From positions 1-39,371 of the IMG/VR virus record IMGVR_UViG_3300050161_000160: a DNA stretch of 39,371 nucleotides; one strand, given 5' to 3'. Positions 26,186 through 33,380 of this stretch are shown in pieces. Position numbers and translations under genes: made by a program. This DNA comes from a virus (Duplodnaviria; Caudoviricetes). Positions within the stretch are counted from its first letter, which is position 1; every line of letters starts with the position of its first letter. The notes beneath the pieces are model-generated. The model did not search any database. It saw only the letters and a program-made list of their open reading frames with translations, and had not been told where the DNA came from.

Positions 26186-26508
26186 TTACTCCCGTACACC
26201 CGCTCACTCCCGTATTACTCCCGGTCCAACGGGAGTGAATAAGCCCTTGGTTTTCCAAGGGTTTTTGCGTGTCTGGCCACTCACTCCCGAACATTTTGCC
26301 AACTTGCTCCTAGAGTGCATAGCACTATGTTATTAGTAATGCGTAATACGTCATTGCCCATACACATCCTACCTCATACCTACACCAATATATAAATTTT
26401 ACGGGAGTGAGGGAGTAAAGAGAGATAAACACTAGGGAAATAGGGGCTTTTAGCCACTCCCGTTACCCCAAAAAGTATGGGAGTAATACGGGAGCGGTAC
26501 GGGAGCGG
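26186..26508. repeat. Iteron array / long imperfect inverted repeat around an AT-rich core (putative replication origin)
   Basis: ACTCCCG at 26188, 26206, 26217, 26283, 26456. Reverse copies (n)GGGAG(T/C) at 26230, 26402, 26410, 26478, 26489, 26500. AT-rich 26315-26400. Confidence 0.75.
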
Positions 26509-26579
26509 TCCACGCAATCCCGGGGGTTTGGGAAATTGACGCTATGAGCAATGCGGGTTGCACCCTTGGCGATAAGGGA

Positions 26580-26612
26580 TTGACATAACCGTCAACGACG
26601 CTAAGCCCTAAT
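26580..26612 (+). promoter_or_regulatory. Sigma70-type promoter with overlapping TTGAC-N6-GTCAA palindrome
   Basis: TTGACA at 26580; TTGACataaccGTCAA at 26580-26595; GCTAAGC at the -10 position; AGAAAGGG RBS before ATG 26631. Confidence 0.65.
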
Positions 26613-26630
26613 CTCAGAAAGGGTTTTACC

Positions 26631-27002
26631 ATGGCAGGGAAAGAATGGCTGGCACTGGTCCGCGCGGCGCGCGGCTGGTCAAGAGAGTGGCTCGCCGCTC
26701 AACTAGGCGTGGCCAGCTCCACCGTCTATCATTGGGAGCTGGGATACGCGGCCATCCCGCATAGCGCGTTCCTGGCGATCAATGCGCTCCAGCACGGCCT
26801 GGTGCCGCGGCTGGCGGACAAGGGCTCGGCGTGGCTGGCCACAGGGTGCGCCTCGCTCGGCTATACCGTTTCGGACCTGGCGGCGCATTTGCGCGTCACG
26901 GAGCAAACGGCCCGCCGCTATTACCACGGCCTCCTGGTCAAGGGCACGCCCCGGCACGTCCTCATCGCCGTGGAAGCCTGGCTCATGGGTGTGCCGGCGT
27001 GA
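26631..27002 (+). CDS. Tandem (double) XRE-type HTH regulator
   Basis: RAARGWSREWLAAQLGVASSTVYHWELG and LGYTVSDLAAHLRVTEQTARRYYHG, two HTH units. Confidence 0.8.
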   Translation: MAGKEWLALVRAARGWSREWLAAQLGVASSTVYHWELGYAAIPHSAFLAINALQHGLVPRLADKGSAWLATGCASLGYTVSDLAAHLRVTEQTARRYYHGLLVKGTPRHVLIAVEAWLMGVPA

Positions 27003-27406
27003 CCTTCACCGAGACGGAAAAGCGCATTCTAGGCGCGCTTGCGGCTGAAAATCATTTATGGTTTTCCAGCAAAGAGATTGCTGAGGAGGTAGATCGCTCC
27101 GTTAGCTTCGTGCGGATGAGCTTGCCGCCCCTGGTGGCCCAGGGCTGGCTGGAATTCAAGGACGCACACGGCCGGAGGTATTGGCGGGTGACAGCGGAGG
27201 GCGTTGCGGAGATGGAGCGGGGCTACCAGCTCACGCCCCGGGAGCGCGCTTTCCTCCGCTGGCTCCGGGAGCAAGCGGCCCTCCACGAGGGGGCCTACGC
27301 GCACGCCCTGGCCGCGGAAGACCAAGCGGCCATGGATCGCACCGCTTGCCGCGCCCGCTCCTATCGCTACGTGGCCGAAGCTCTCAAAACAGGGACCTAC
27401 CTATGA
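26999..27406 (+). CDS. Winged-helix (MarR-like) DNA-binding protein
   Basis: GTG at 26999 (GTGA overlap); TETEKRILGAL...SKEIAEEVDRS.SFVR..L..LVAQGWL......YWRVTAEG. Confidence 0.7.
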   Translation: MTFTETEKRILGALAAENHLWFSSKEIAEEVDRSVSFVRMSLPPLVAQGWLEFKDAHGRRYWRVTAEGVAEMERGYQLTPRERAFLRWLREQAALHEGAYAHALAAEDQAAMDRTACRARSYRYVAEALKTGTYL

Positions 27407-27639
27407 TGGACCGCGCCACGCTCGCAAAGCTCCTGGACGCCCTGGATGCGATGGGCCTTCACCGCCCCGGGAGCCTCCACAACGGGGAAATTCGCCTGAA
27501 TAGCAACCTCCGTCACGGCTTCGCTCTGGAAGCCTGGCGCCATGCGCGGGAGGCGGCCGTGGCGCTCCGTGCGGAAATAGGGCCTCCCCTCAGCCAGGAA
27601 ATTCTGGATGAAGATGCCGCAAAGAAAGGCCCGCTATGA
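27403..27639 (+). CDS. Hypothetical protein (78 aa)
   Basis: ATGA overlaps at both ends; MMDRATLAKLLDALD... Confidence 0.6.
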   Translation: MMDRATLAKLLDALDAMGLHRPGSLHNGEIRLNSNLRHGFALEAWRHAREAAVALRAEIGPPLSQEILDEDAAKKGPL

Positions 27640-27941
27640 CACCCAAGCCCACTCCCGGCGGCCCAGGCACGCCACCCAATCAAGGCTCTAGTGCGGACAT
27701 CCAGCACAAGGCGGGCTTTTTCAACGCCCACCGCAAGGGCGGCCTCCCGCCCGTACTGCTGCCCGAAGCTCCGCCGGCGTGCGTCACGTGCGCGGCCTTC
27801 AAACCCTATGCGTCCGGCCCATGCGGGGAGTGCCGGCGCCACGCACCCCGGGCGTTGGCCGCGGAGGGCAACCCCGCTTATTCGGTCTGGCCTACCGTGG
27901 ACGGCACGGACTGGTGCTTGGAGTATCTGCCCCGTGCGTGA
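27636..27941 (+). CDS. Small 4-Cys metal-binding phage protein
   Basis: CVTC..F......GECRRHAP...WPTV...DWC.EY pattern; AGAAAGG RBS. Confidence 0.7.
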   Translation: MTPKPTPGGPGTPPNQGSSADIQHKAGFFNAHRKGGLPPVLLPEAPPACVTCAAFKPYASGPCGECRRHAPRALAAEGNPAYSVWPTVDGTDWCLEYLPRA

Positions 27942-28473
27942 CGCCCTGGTGCCGCTCCTGGACCGGCTGGACGCGCCCACGGAGAGCTACATCCTGGCCG
28001 CGGTGTCGGGCTTGGCTCTGCCTGAGCTTTATCGCGTCCTGGGGCGCCTGGTGGAATACGGCCTGGTGCGGCCGGCCCAGGTGGGCGGCTTCGTATTGAC
28101 GGAGGCGGGCCATGCGGTCCGCCATGATTTGGCATTCGTGGCCGAGCTGGCCGCGCGCTTGAGGAGGTGTGGAACAATGGCTTGGAATTTCTCCGTATTG
28201 ATGATGCCGGACGGGGGCACTTACCCCGTCGCCATTCCGCCCATGGAGGGTGACGTGCAAGGCTGGTCGGTCAACATGACGTGCCCCCGCGGTTGCGTGC
28301 ACACCGTGGCCATAGAGCTCACCTTCCTGGAGGCCATGGAGACGGCCGCAGCACGGCTCCAGGCGCACCCCGCGCCGGGCGTGCTCCTCACCGCGGCCAT
28401 TTGGGGGCCCGGCGATCCTTTCGCCAAGGCCCGCGAAGAGCTGGACGGCGGTTTCCGGGGGTCGGTCCATTGA
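27934..28473 (+). CDS. Hypothetical protein with N-terminal winged helix
   Basis: GTG at 27934; LAAVSGL.LPELYRVLGRLVEYGLV......FVLTEAG; later CPRGCVH. Confidence 0.6.
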   Translation: MRDALVPLLDRLDAPTESYILAAVSGLALPELYRVLGRLVEYGLVRPAQVGGFVLTEAGHAVRHDLAFVAELAARLRRCGTMAWNFSVLMMPDGGTYPVAIPPMEGDVQGWSVNMTCPRGCVHTVAIELTFLEAMETAAARLQAHPAPGVLLTAAIWGPGDPFAKAREELDGGFRGSVH

Positions 28474-28676
28474 GGCGCATTATTTGGCAGGAGGGCCGCC
28501 CCGAGCTGGCCCAGGAGGCCCACTCGCAATGGGCCGTGTTCCTCTATTTCGTCCGTTTCGGATGGAGCGCCCGGCGCATTTTCCAGGCCGGCTTTCGAGA
28601 TTCGGAAGATTGCACGCCGGCGGAGCTGGCCACGATGGCGGAGGGGTGGATTTTATCCACTCAGCGGCGGCCGTGA
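28470..28676 (+). CDS. Hypothetical protein (68 aa)
   Basis: TTG start overlapping the previous TGA; fills the operon without a gap. Confidence 0.45.
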   Translation: MRRIIWQEGRPELAQEAHSQWAVFLYFVRFGWSARRIFQAGFRDSEDCTPAELATMAEGWILSTQRRP

Positions 28677-28864
28677 TCCGGTGCGGCTTCGGCGGCAAGG
28701 TGTTCGTCACGGACGCCATCACTATGGGCGCCAAGGTTAAAGCCGCGGTGTGCACCCGGTTCATTGAGGTGCCCCACGCCACGCTGCTTTTCGGCTCGGT
28801 CGCCGCGGCCCGCGGTGAGGCCAAGCGGCGCGGCGAGCCCGGTTTCTGGAGGTTGAAACGATGA
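28673..28864 (+). CDS. Hypothetical protein (63 aa)
   Basis: GTGA overlap at the start, ATGA overlap at the end. Confidence 0.5.
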   Translation: MIRCGFGGKVFVTDAITMGAKVKAAVCTRFIEVPHATLLFGSVAAARGEAKRRGEPGFWRLKR

Positions 28865-29058
28865 AACGTAATCGCAACCGGCGAATTCCCACCCGGCCGC
28901 ACGCCAAGAAGCGGGGCAAGGCGTTTCGCCGCGGCCACCGTTGCACGGCTTCGTGGTTTGCTGCCCGATATGGCCCGTGCGATCATTGTTGGCTGTCCTA
29001 TGAAGGCCGGCCGGAGGAAAAGCACTGCTACCGATGCGGAAAGGTAACGCCGGCATGA
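28861..29058 (+). CDS. Small basic Cys-rich protein (possible Zn finger)
   Basis: GGAGG RBS; CDHC and CYRC pairs; Arg-rich N-terminus. Confidence 0.55.
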   Translation: MKRNRNRRIPTRPHAKKRGKAFRRGHRCTASWFAARYGPCDHCWLSYEGRPEEKHCYRCGKVTPA

Positions 29059-29555
29059 TCAAAGGCGCCACGCTCAGCGCGGACTATCGTTACCGCTATC
29101 GGCTCTGGCGCGACTGGCGCGGCACGCCGGCGAGCGGCCGGGGCACCACGGTGCTTTGGGTGATGCTCAACCCATCCACGGCCAACGCGGAGGAGGATGA
29201 CCCCACAATCCGCCGGTGCCTCGCATTCACCCGGCGCGAAGGCTTCGGCCGCATGGACGTGGTGAACCTCTTTGCGCTCCGGGCCACGGACCCCGCCCAG
29301 CTCCGCACCGCGTCGGACCCTATCGGCCCGGCCTGGGAAGGCGCCACGCGCGCCGCGCTCCAGGGCGCCGATGCGATCCTATGCGCCTGGGGCGCCCACG
29401 GCTCATACCGCGGCCGGGATGTCGAGGTGCTCCGGTTCCTCCAGGCCGAGCGGCCGCCAGGGGCGCCCATATGGTGCCTGGGCTCCACGAAGCTGGGCTT
29501 GCCCCGCCATCCCCTTTACCTGGCCGCGGGCACCCCGCTCCAGCACTACCCCTGA
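29055..29555 (+). CDS. DUF1643 family protein
   Basis: ATG at 29055; YRYRLWR.W, WVMLNPSTA....DDPTIRRC, VNLFALRATDP, AWG, CLG.TK.G.PRHPLY signature. Confidence 0.92.
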   Translation: MIKGATLSADYRYRYRLWRDWRGTPASGRGTTVLWVMLNPSTANAEEDDPTIRRCLAFTRREGFGRMDVVNLFALRATDPAQLRTASDPIGPAWEGATRAALQGADAILCAWGAHGSYRGRDVEVLRFLQAERPPGAPIWCLGSTKLGLPRHPLYLAAGTPLQHYP

Positions 29556-29567
29556 AAGGACGCACAA

Positions 29568-29978
29568 ATGGCCAAAGTCTATATTGCCGCTCGCTTCAGT
29601 CGGCGCCCGGAAGCATTTGAGATCGCCCAACGGCTCCAAGCCCTGGGCCATGAGATGAGCTGTCGCTGGGTAATGCGCCACGAAACGCACAAGATGCCCC
29701 CCGGCTTGTCACCCCAGGCGGAGGACGCGGAGCGGACCCGGTTCGCTCTGGAAGACGTTGAAGATATGGAGGCGGCCACCTGGTGCATAAGCCTCATGGA
29801 AGAGCCGCGGGGCAACGGCCGGGGCGGCCGCCACGTAGAATTTGGGTATATGCTGGCCCAGGACGCGCGCATGACGATCATTGGCCCGCGCGAAACGGTG
29901 TTCCACCATCTCCCCTTTGTTGAATGCTGGCCTAGCGTATCGGCTTTCCTGGGCTCGTTTGATGTAGGGGAGCAATAA
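29568..29978 (+). CDS. Nucleoside 2-deoxyribosyltransferase-like (NDT fold) protein
   Basis: KVYIAARF..R, L...GHE...RW, A.EDVED...A, GGRHVEFGY.LA, VFHHLP pattern; GAAAGGA RBS. Confidence 0.7.
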   Translation: MAKVYIAARFSRRPEAFEIAQRLQALGHEMSCRWVMRHETHKMPPGLSPQAEDAERTRFALEDVEDMEAATWCISLMEEPRGNGRGGRHVEFGYMLAQDARMTIIGPRETVFHHLPFVECWPSVSAFLGSFDVGEQ

Positions 29979-30175
29979 TGGACCCTATGCAAGCATACCT
30001 CACGGCCGCCACCGTGAGCGCGCACGGCCCCCGCGGAGAGCTGGCCGTCCAAATATGCCAGCTTCGGGGCACGCCCCCGGGCTCTATCGTCTCAACCCGC
30101 TTCGGCCAGCTCGCCGCATTCCAGGCTGTCGTCATGGAAGCCTTGCTCATGGAGGGCCTCAGCCATGGCAGATGA
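29978..30175 (+). CDS. Hypothetical protein (65 aa)
   Basis: TAATG coupling; GGGGAG RBS. Confidence 0.55.
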   Translation: MDPMQAYLTAATVSAHGPRGELAVQICQLRGTPPGSIVSTRFGQLAAFQAVVMEALLMEGLSHGR

Positions 30176-30464
30176 GCGCACAATCCAGGACTTGGCCGCC
30201 AAGGTGCCGGACGGATGGGAGCTGGACGTGCCAAGCGCGCTCCTCCAGCACGCCCTAGAGCTGGCCCTGGCGATGGACCCCAACTTCACCGTGGCCAAGG
30301 CCCAACGTGTCTTGCTGGCCACGCTGGAGGCCCGCAGCGATCATCGCCCGGACCGCGCCGTGGGGAAACTTGCGGTCAACGTCGCCCGCGCCGCCACCCG
30401 GCTGGGCGCGGATATGAAAATGGAAGCCCTCTCGGCTCTGACAAGGGAATTTGCGCATGGATGA
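30165..30464 (+). CDS. Hypothetical protein (99 aa)
   Basis: GGAGGG RBS; overlaps both neighbours. Confidence 0.6.
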   Translation: MADERTIQDLAAKVPDGWELDVPSALLQHALELALAMDPNFTVAKAQRVLLATLEARSDHRPDRAVGKLAVNVARAATRLGADMKMEALSALTREFAHG

Positions 30465-30816
30465 ATTGCAACGGATCGCCGCGGCCATGACTTTGCTGGC
30501 GGATAATGCCCTAGCCGAAGGGGCGCCCCCGGTCGTGGTCGGCGCGGGCCTCACGCTGGCGGAGATAACGCTCCAGGCGTTGGCCCGGATCGCCTCAGCC
30601 ACGGAGCGCCTGGCGGACGTGGCTGAAGCCCAGGAGCTCCGCGCCCAGCGGGCCCAAATGGAACTGGCCGCCTCGCAAGGAGACGGCCAGGTGGTGCCTT
30701 TTCCAGGGTGCCCATATTCGCAATGTCTCCGCGCGGATTGCGCGTTGCATCACAAGTGCATGGATGATCCGGAGCCGGGCTGGTCGGCCACCGGCGTGCC
30801 CTCCGGCGGGGAGTAG
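30457..30816 (+). CDS. Hypothetical protein with C-terminal Cys cluster
   Basis: ATG at 30457 after AAGGGA; helical N-half, then CPYSQC...C....KC. Confidence 0.55.
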   Translation: MDELQRIAAAMTLLADNALAEGAPPVVVGAGLTLAEITLQALARIASATERLADVAEAQELRAQRAQMELAASQGDGQVVPFPGCPYSQCLRADCALHHKCMDDPEPGWSATGVPSGGE

Positions 30817-31004
30817 CACCAGGCCGGGAGCTCATCCCGGGCCATGAGCGCATAGAGGCGGAGAGCCGGGCCAGGAATCTCCACGGCCTGGCTCCCCCCT
30901 TCCCACCGCATGATGGTGCGGGGCGAAACGGCCATGACGGCCGCCATACGCTCCACGGTGAGGCCCGCGGCCGTGCGGATGGTCTTGGCTTGCTCAGCGA
31001 GCAT
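30750..31004 (-). CDS. XRE-type HTH protein
   Basis: KTIRTAAGLTVERMAAVMAVSPRTIMRWEGG...IPGP; GGGAGG RBS. Confidence 0.8.
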   Translation of the reverse strand: MLAEQAKTIRTAAGLTVERMAAVMAVSPRTIMRWEGGSQAVEIPGPALRLYALMARDELPAWCYSPPEGTPVADQPGSGSSMHL

Positions 31005-31248
31005 GGCGGGCCTCCCGGACAGCGTAGAGGCGGAGGAGCAAGTCCGCGTCCAGGGAGCGGTGGTGGCTGTCCAGAGCGGCCTGGATGACGCGGCGCTCCA
31101 GCGTCTCTATCTGCACCTCCAGGGGCACGGCCGGCGCCGGCGAGGGGGCAAGGCCGCATGGCCCCGGGTGGAACGCCTTCACGGCGCTGGCGCGGGCCTG
31201 GTAAAGCGGGTCCTCGGCCAGGCGCGGCCAGGTGCGGGGCCGGCTCAC
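30994..31248 (-). CDS. Hypothetical protein (84 aa)
   Basis: GTG at 31248 with GGAGG RBS and GTGA overlap. Confidence 0.55.
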   Translation of the reverse strand: MSRPRTWPRLAEDPLYQARASAVKAFHPGPCGLAPSPAPAVPLEVQIETLERRVIQAALDSHHRSLDADLLLRLYAVREARHAR

Positions 31249-31394
31249 TGGGTAGCCTCCTGCACCACGGTGCGACGGTGGTGGTTGCACCGGCGGCACC
31301 GGCTCACCAGCATTTCGCGGCCGTCATAGCCGCGGGCGTAGGCGTGGGCCCAGTCGTGGCCGTGGAAGAGGTGGCAAAGGATACGCTTCAACAT
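31245..31394 (-). CDS. 49-aa His/Cys protein (DUF1660-like)
   Basis: Below the ORF-track cutoff. GAGGAGG RBS; MLKRILCHLFHGHDW...RCRRCNH; stop overlaps the next start. Confidence 0.7.
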   Translation of the reverse strand: MLKRILCHLFHGHDWAHAYARGYDGREMLVSRCRRCNHHRRTVVQEATQ

Positions 31395-31405
31395 GGTGGT
31401 CCTCC

Positions 31406-31759
31406 TCAAAGAGCCCGGCCGCTCTCAACGGCGCGGGCGGCAAGAGCGTGCTGCTCAGGGGTGTAATGGACATCCTGGCCCTGGGTGGGCCAAGCGTCCA
31501 TCATGGCGATATATTCGGGGTTGGCGGCTTGCCAGGCGAGGCACCAGGCCACCAGCTCCCGCTTTGACGCGCTCAGCACGTCCGCGCGGCTGAAGAACCG
31601 GGGAGGCATCGCCTTGTGCGGGTGCGCTTTCGTGGCCACGTGGGCAACAAACCAGCGAGAGCCCAGGCGATAGATGGCCATGGAGCCCACCAGGGTGGCC
31701 GGGACCGTCACCTGGTTGCCCATATACTGGTACGTGTACGTGTCGGGCTTGCGGGCCAT
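31406..31759 (-). CDS. Hypothetical protein (117 aa)
   Basis: ATG at 31759 just after the upstream TGA; MARKPDTYTYQY...W.VAHVAT. Confidence 0.65.
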   Translation of the reverse strand: MARKPDTYTYQYMGNQVTVPATLVGSMAIYRLGSRWFVAHVATKAHPHKAMPPRFFSRADVLSASKRELVAWCLAWQAANPEYIAMMDAWPTQGQDVHYTPEQHALAARAVESGRAL

Positions 31760-31760
31760 C

Positions 31761-31961
31761 TCAGAGCTCCAGGTCACGGAGGGCGCGGCCCAGGCGGCCG
31801 AGCTGGTGGGCGATGTCCTGGGCGGTGTTGCCATACGCGGCGAGCCCCAGGGTGCGAAGGTGGCCGCCATCGGCCTCCAGCTCATAAGCGAGGCGCACCA
31901 GCTTTTCCGCTTTACGGCGGAGAGCGTGGGCGCGGCGGGCAATGGTCATTGCTTGGGCCAT
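31761..31961 (-). CDS. Hypothetical helical protein (66 aa)
   Basis: ATG at 31961 after GGAG; fits between neighbours. Confidence 0.55.
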   Translation of the reverse strand: MAQAMTIARRAHALRRKAEKLVRLAYELEADGGHLRTLGLAAYGNTAQDIAHQLGRLGRALRDLEL

Positions 31962-31962
31962 C

Positions 31963-32445
31963 TCAATACTCCGATGCGAGCATAATGGTGAGGACGCGGA
32001 CCGTTTGGGCCGTGTCGGCGGGGTTGTCGCTCCCGTGCTCCATGCCGGGGGCGTAATAGTCGATTTTCCAGAGCACCCGCTCCGGGCAACCAGGGACGCC
32101 ATCCAGGGCGCCAAAGTCGTGCTCCCCGTGCGGGTCATCCCCGAAGTCCTGGGTGAGCGCCACGGCCGTGACAACGTGGGCCGTCCAGGGCTCCCCGGCC
32201 ACGCCGGGGGTGAGTTGCACCCGGCCCCGCACGAGCGTGCCCATGGAGGTGCGGAAGTCGTCATTGAGCTTGCGGATGAGGATGGTGTGGTCCGCGTCCT
32301 TGAAACCGTCGCGCCAGGCACGGCTGGCATAAGAGCCGATGCCGTGCGGGTCGGCCGTCATTGGCTCCCCGCGGAGGGCGGCGAGGCGCCCCGCGCGGTA
32401 GTGGGCCTGGGCGCTCTGGCTGGTGTAGAGGTGGGCGTGGCTCAT
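31963..32445 (-). CDS. DUF3768 protein with N-terminal Rmf/CrpP-like segment
   Basis: IRKLNDDFR...TPGV...DDPHGEHDFG...WKIDYY...GS.NPAD...T.RVLTIMLASEY (DUF3768). N-terminal Y.AG..A...G.....PH.......W.DGF. Confidence 0.85.
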   Translation of the reverse strand: MSHAHLYTSQSAQAHYRAGRLAALRGEPMTADPHGIGSYASRAWRDGFKDADHTILIRKLNDDFRTSMGTLVRGRVQLTPGVAGEPWTAHVVTAVALTQDFGDDPHGEHDFGALDGVPGCPERVLWKIDYYAPGMEHGSDNPADTAQTVRVLTIMLASEY

Positions 32446-32448
32446 GGC

Positions 32449-32649
32449 TCAATTGCTCCCGGCGCGGTGGGCGTTGGCGGCGAGCCAGCCGGCGGCAAAA
32501 GCGGCCTTGTCCGCTTCCAGGGTGGAGCGCATTCCGAAGTGGCACCCGTAGGAGCCAGGGCCCAGGCCCATGGAGTGGGCGAGCGCGCCGGCGGCGAACA
32601 TATGGTTGCCCTCTTTGAGATGGTCGATAGTACGGCTGGAGGTTTGCAT
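32449..32649 (-). CDS. Small Rmf/CrpP-like protein
   Basis: F.AG..AH..G......C.F.........F..GW.AA pattern; AGAAAGGGA RBS; directly below a promoter. Confidence 0.6.
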   Translation of the reverse strand: MQTSSRTIDHLKEGNHMFAAGALAHSMGLGPGSYGCHFGMRSTLEADKAAFAAGWLAANAHRAGSN

Positions 32650-32683
32650 GGTGGTAAGTCCCTTTCTGCAATCTGTGATTCGG

Positions 32684-32712
32684 TGAATAGTGACAGATTG
32701 TCACCTAGTCAA
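32684..32712 (-). promoter_or_regulatory. Sigma70-type promoter with GTGACA-N3-TGTCAC operator in the spacer
   Basis: Minus strand: TTGACT-17 bp-TATTCA; palindrome at 32690-32704. Confidence 0.75.
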
Positions 32713-32920
32713 GCGTTTCCTCCGCGCCACGCTCATAACGGAGCGTGACTTTGCGAGCGGGCCCCCGCTCGGCCGCGGCTTCCCTGGCGTGGGCTTCCGT
32801 GGGGAACGCGCGGGACGTAGGGGTGAGGGCCTTAGAGCCGCGGCCGTTTACCTGGACGAACCACCAGGTAACAACCCAGGGGCCGCGGGCCATGAGGGGG
32901 TGCTTATGCCAGGGGAGCAC
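32705..32920 (-). CDS. Hypothetical protein (~71 aa)
   Basis: GTG start after GGAG; fits between neighbours. Start could be ATG 32893. Confidence 0.55.
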   Translation of the reverse strand: MLPWHKHPLMARGPWVVTWWFVQVNGRGSKALTPTSRAFPTEAHAREAAAERGPARKVTLRYERGAEETLD

Positions 32921-32923
32921 GGC

Positions 32924-33238
32924 TCAGTACTCCGGCGAGGGCTTGCGGACCTTGCTCCAGGCGGCGAAGAGCGCGGAGCGAGCAGTCTCCACGTCGCGGG
33001 CGGCCTCGTGGTCAATCCCCTCCAGCATATGGGCAAGGGCGCTCAACTGGTCGCGCTGGCGGCGGATGACGCGGCGGATTTCTTCGCGGGCTTCGTCCGT
33101 GTCATAGGCCAGGGCGGCCTCATCGCTGGCCACGGAGGCGGCGCGGCGCTCTTCCCAAATGCGGGCGTGCGCGGTCCAATCCTCGGCCTCACGGGCGGCG
33201 GCGAGCTCAGCGGCGAAGTTGCGGGCGGTGGTGGTCAT
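32924..33238 (-). CDS. Hypothetical helical early protein (104 aa)
   Basis: AAAGGGA RBS; first gene below the promoter at 33296. Confidence 0.7.
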   Translation of the reverse strand: MTTTARNFAAELAAAREAEDWTAHARIWEERRAASVASDEAALAYDTDEAREEIRRVIRRQRDQLSALAHMLEGIDHEAARDVETARSALFAAWSKVRKPSPEY

Positions 33239-33267
33239 GGCGGTAAATCCCTTTGCTGTTAAGCCGG

Positions 33268-33296
33268 GGATTAGTGACAGTCTGTCACGTTGTCAA
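33268..33296 (-). promoter_or_regulatory. Sigma70-type promoter with GTGACA-N3-TGTCAC operator in the spacer
   Basis: Minus strand: TTGACA-17 bp-TAATCC; palindrome at 33274-33288; same architecture as 32684-32712. Confidence 0.78.
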
Positions 33297-33337
33297 GCGA
33301 TCAATTCGCGTTTAGTACTTAGCTTCCTCCCAAGCCT

Positions 33338-33376
33338 AAGACCCCGCCGGTTCCAACCCCTCCGGCGGGGTCTTTT
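33338..33376 (+). terminator. Intrinsic terminator-like hairpin with its T-run on the plus strand
   Basis: 13-bp stem AAGACCCCGCCGG/CCGGCGGGGTCTT ending in TTTT on the plus strand. May also stop minus-strand transcription from the replication operon. Confidence 0.7.
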
Positions 33377-33380
33377 GCAT

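Noticed and set aside
26186-26508. Intergenic repeats as CRISPR, IS ends or tRNA
   Set aside because: Units are only 6-7 bp in both orientations; no transposase, target duplication or cloverleaf seen.
26631-31004. Lysogeny switch (CI/Cro) and temperate lifestyle
   Set aside because: The HTH proteins lack a peptidase S24 domain, and no integrase or partition genes are in the window; lifestyle cannot be determined.
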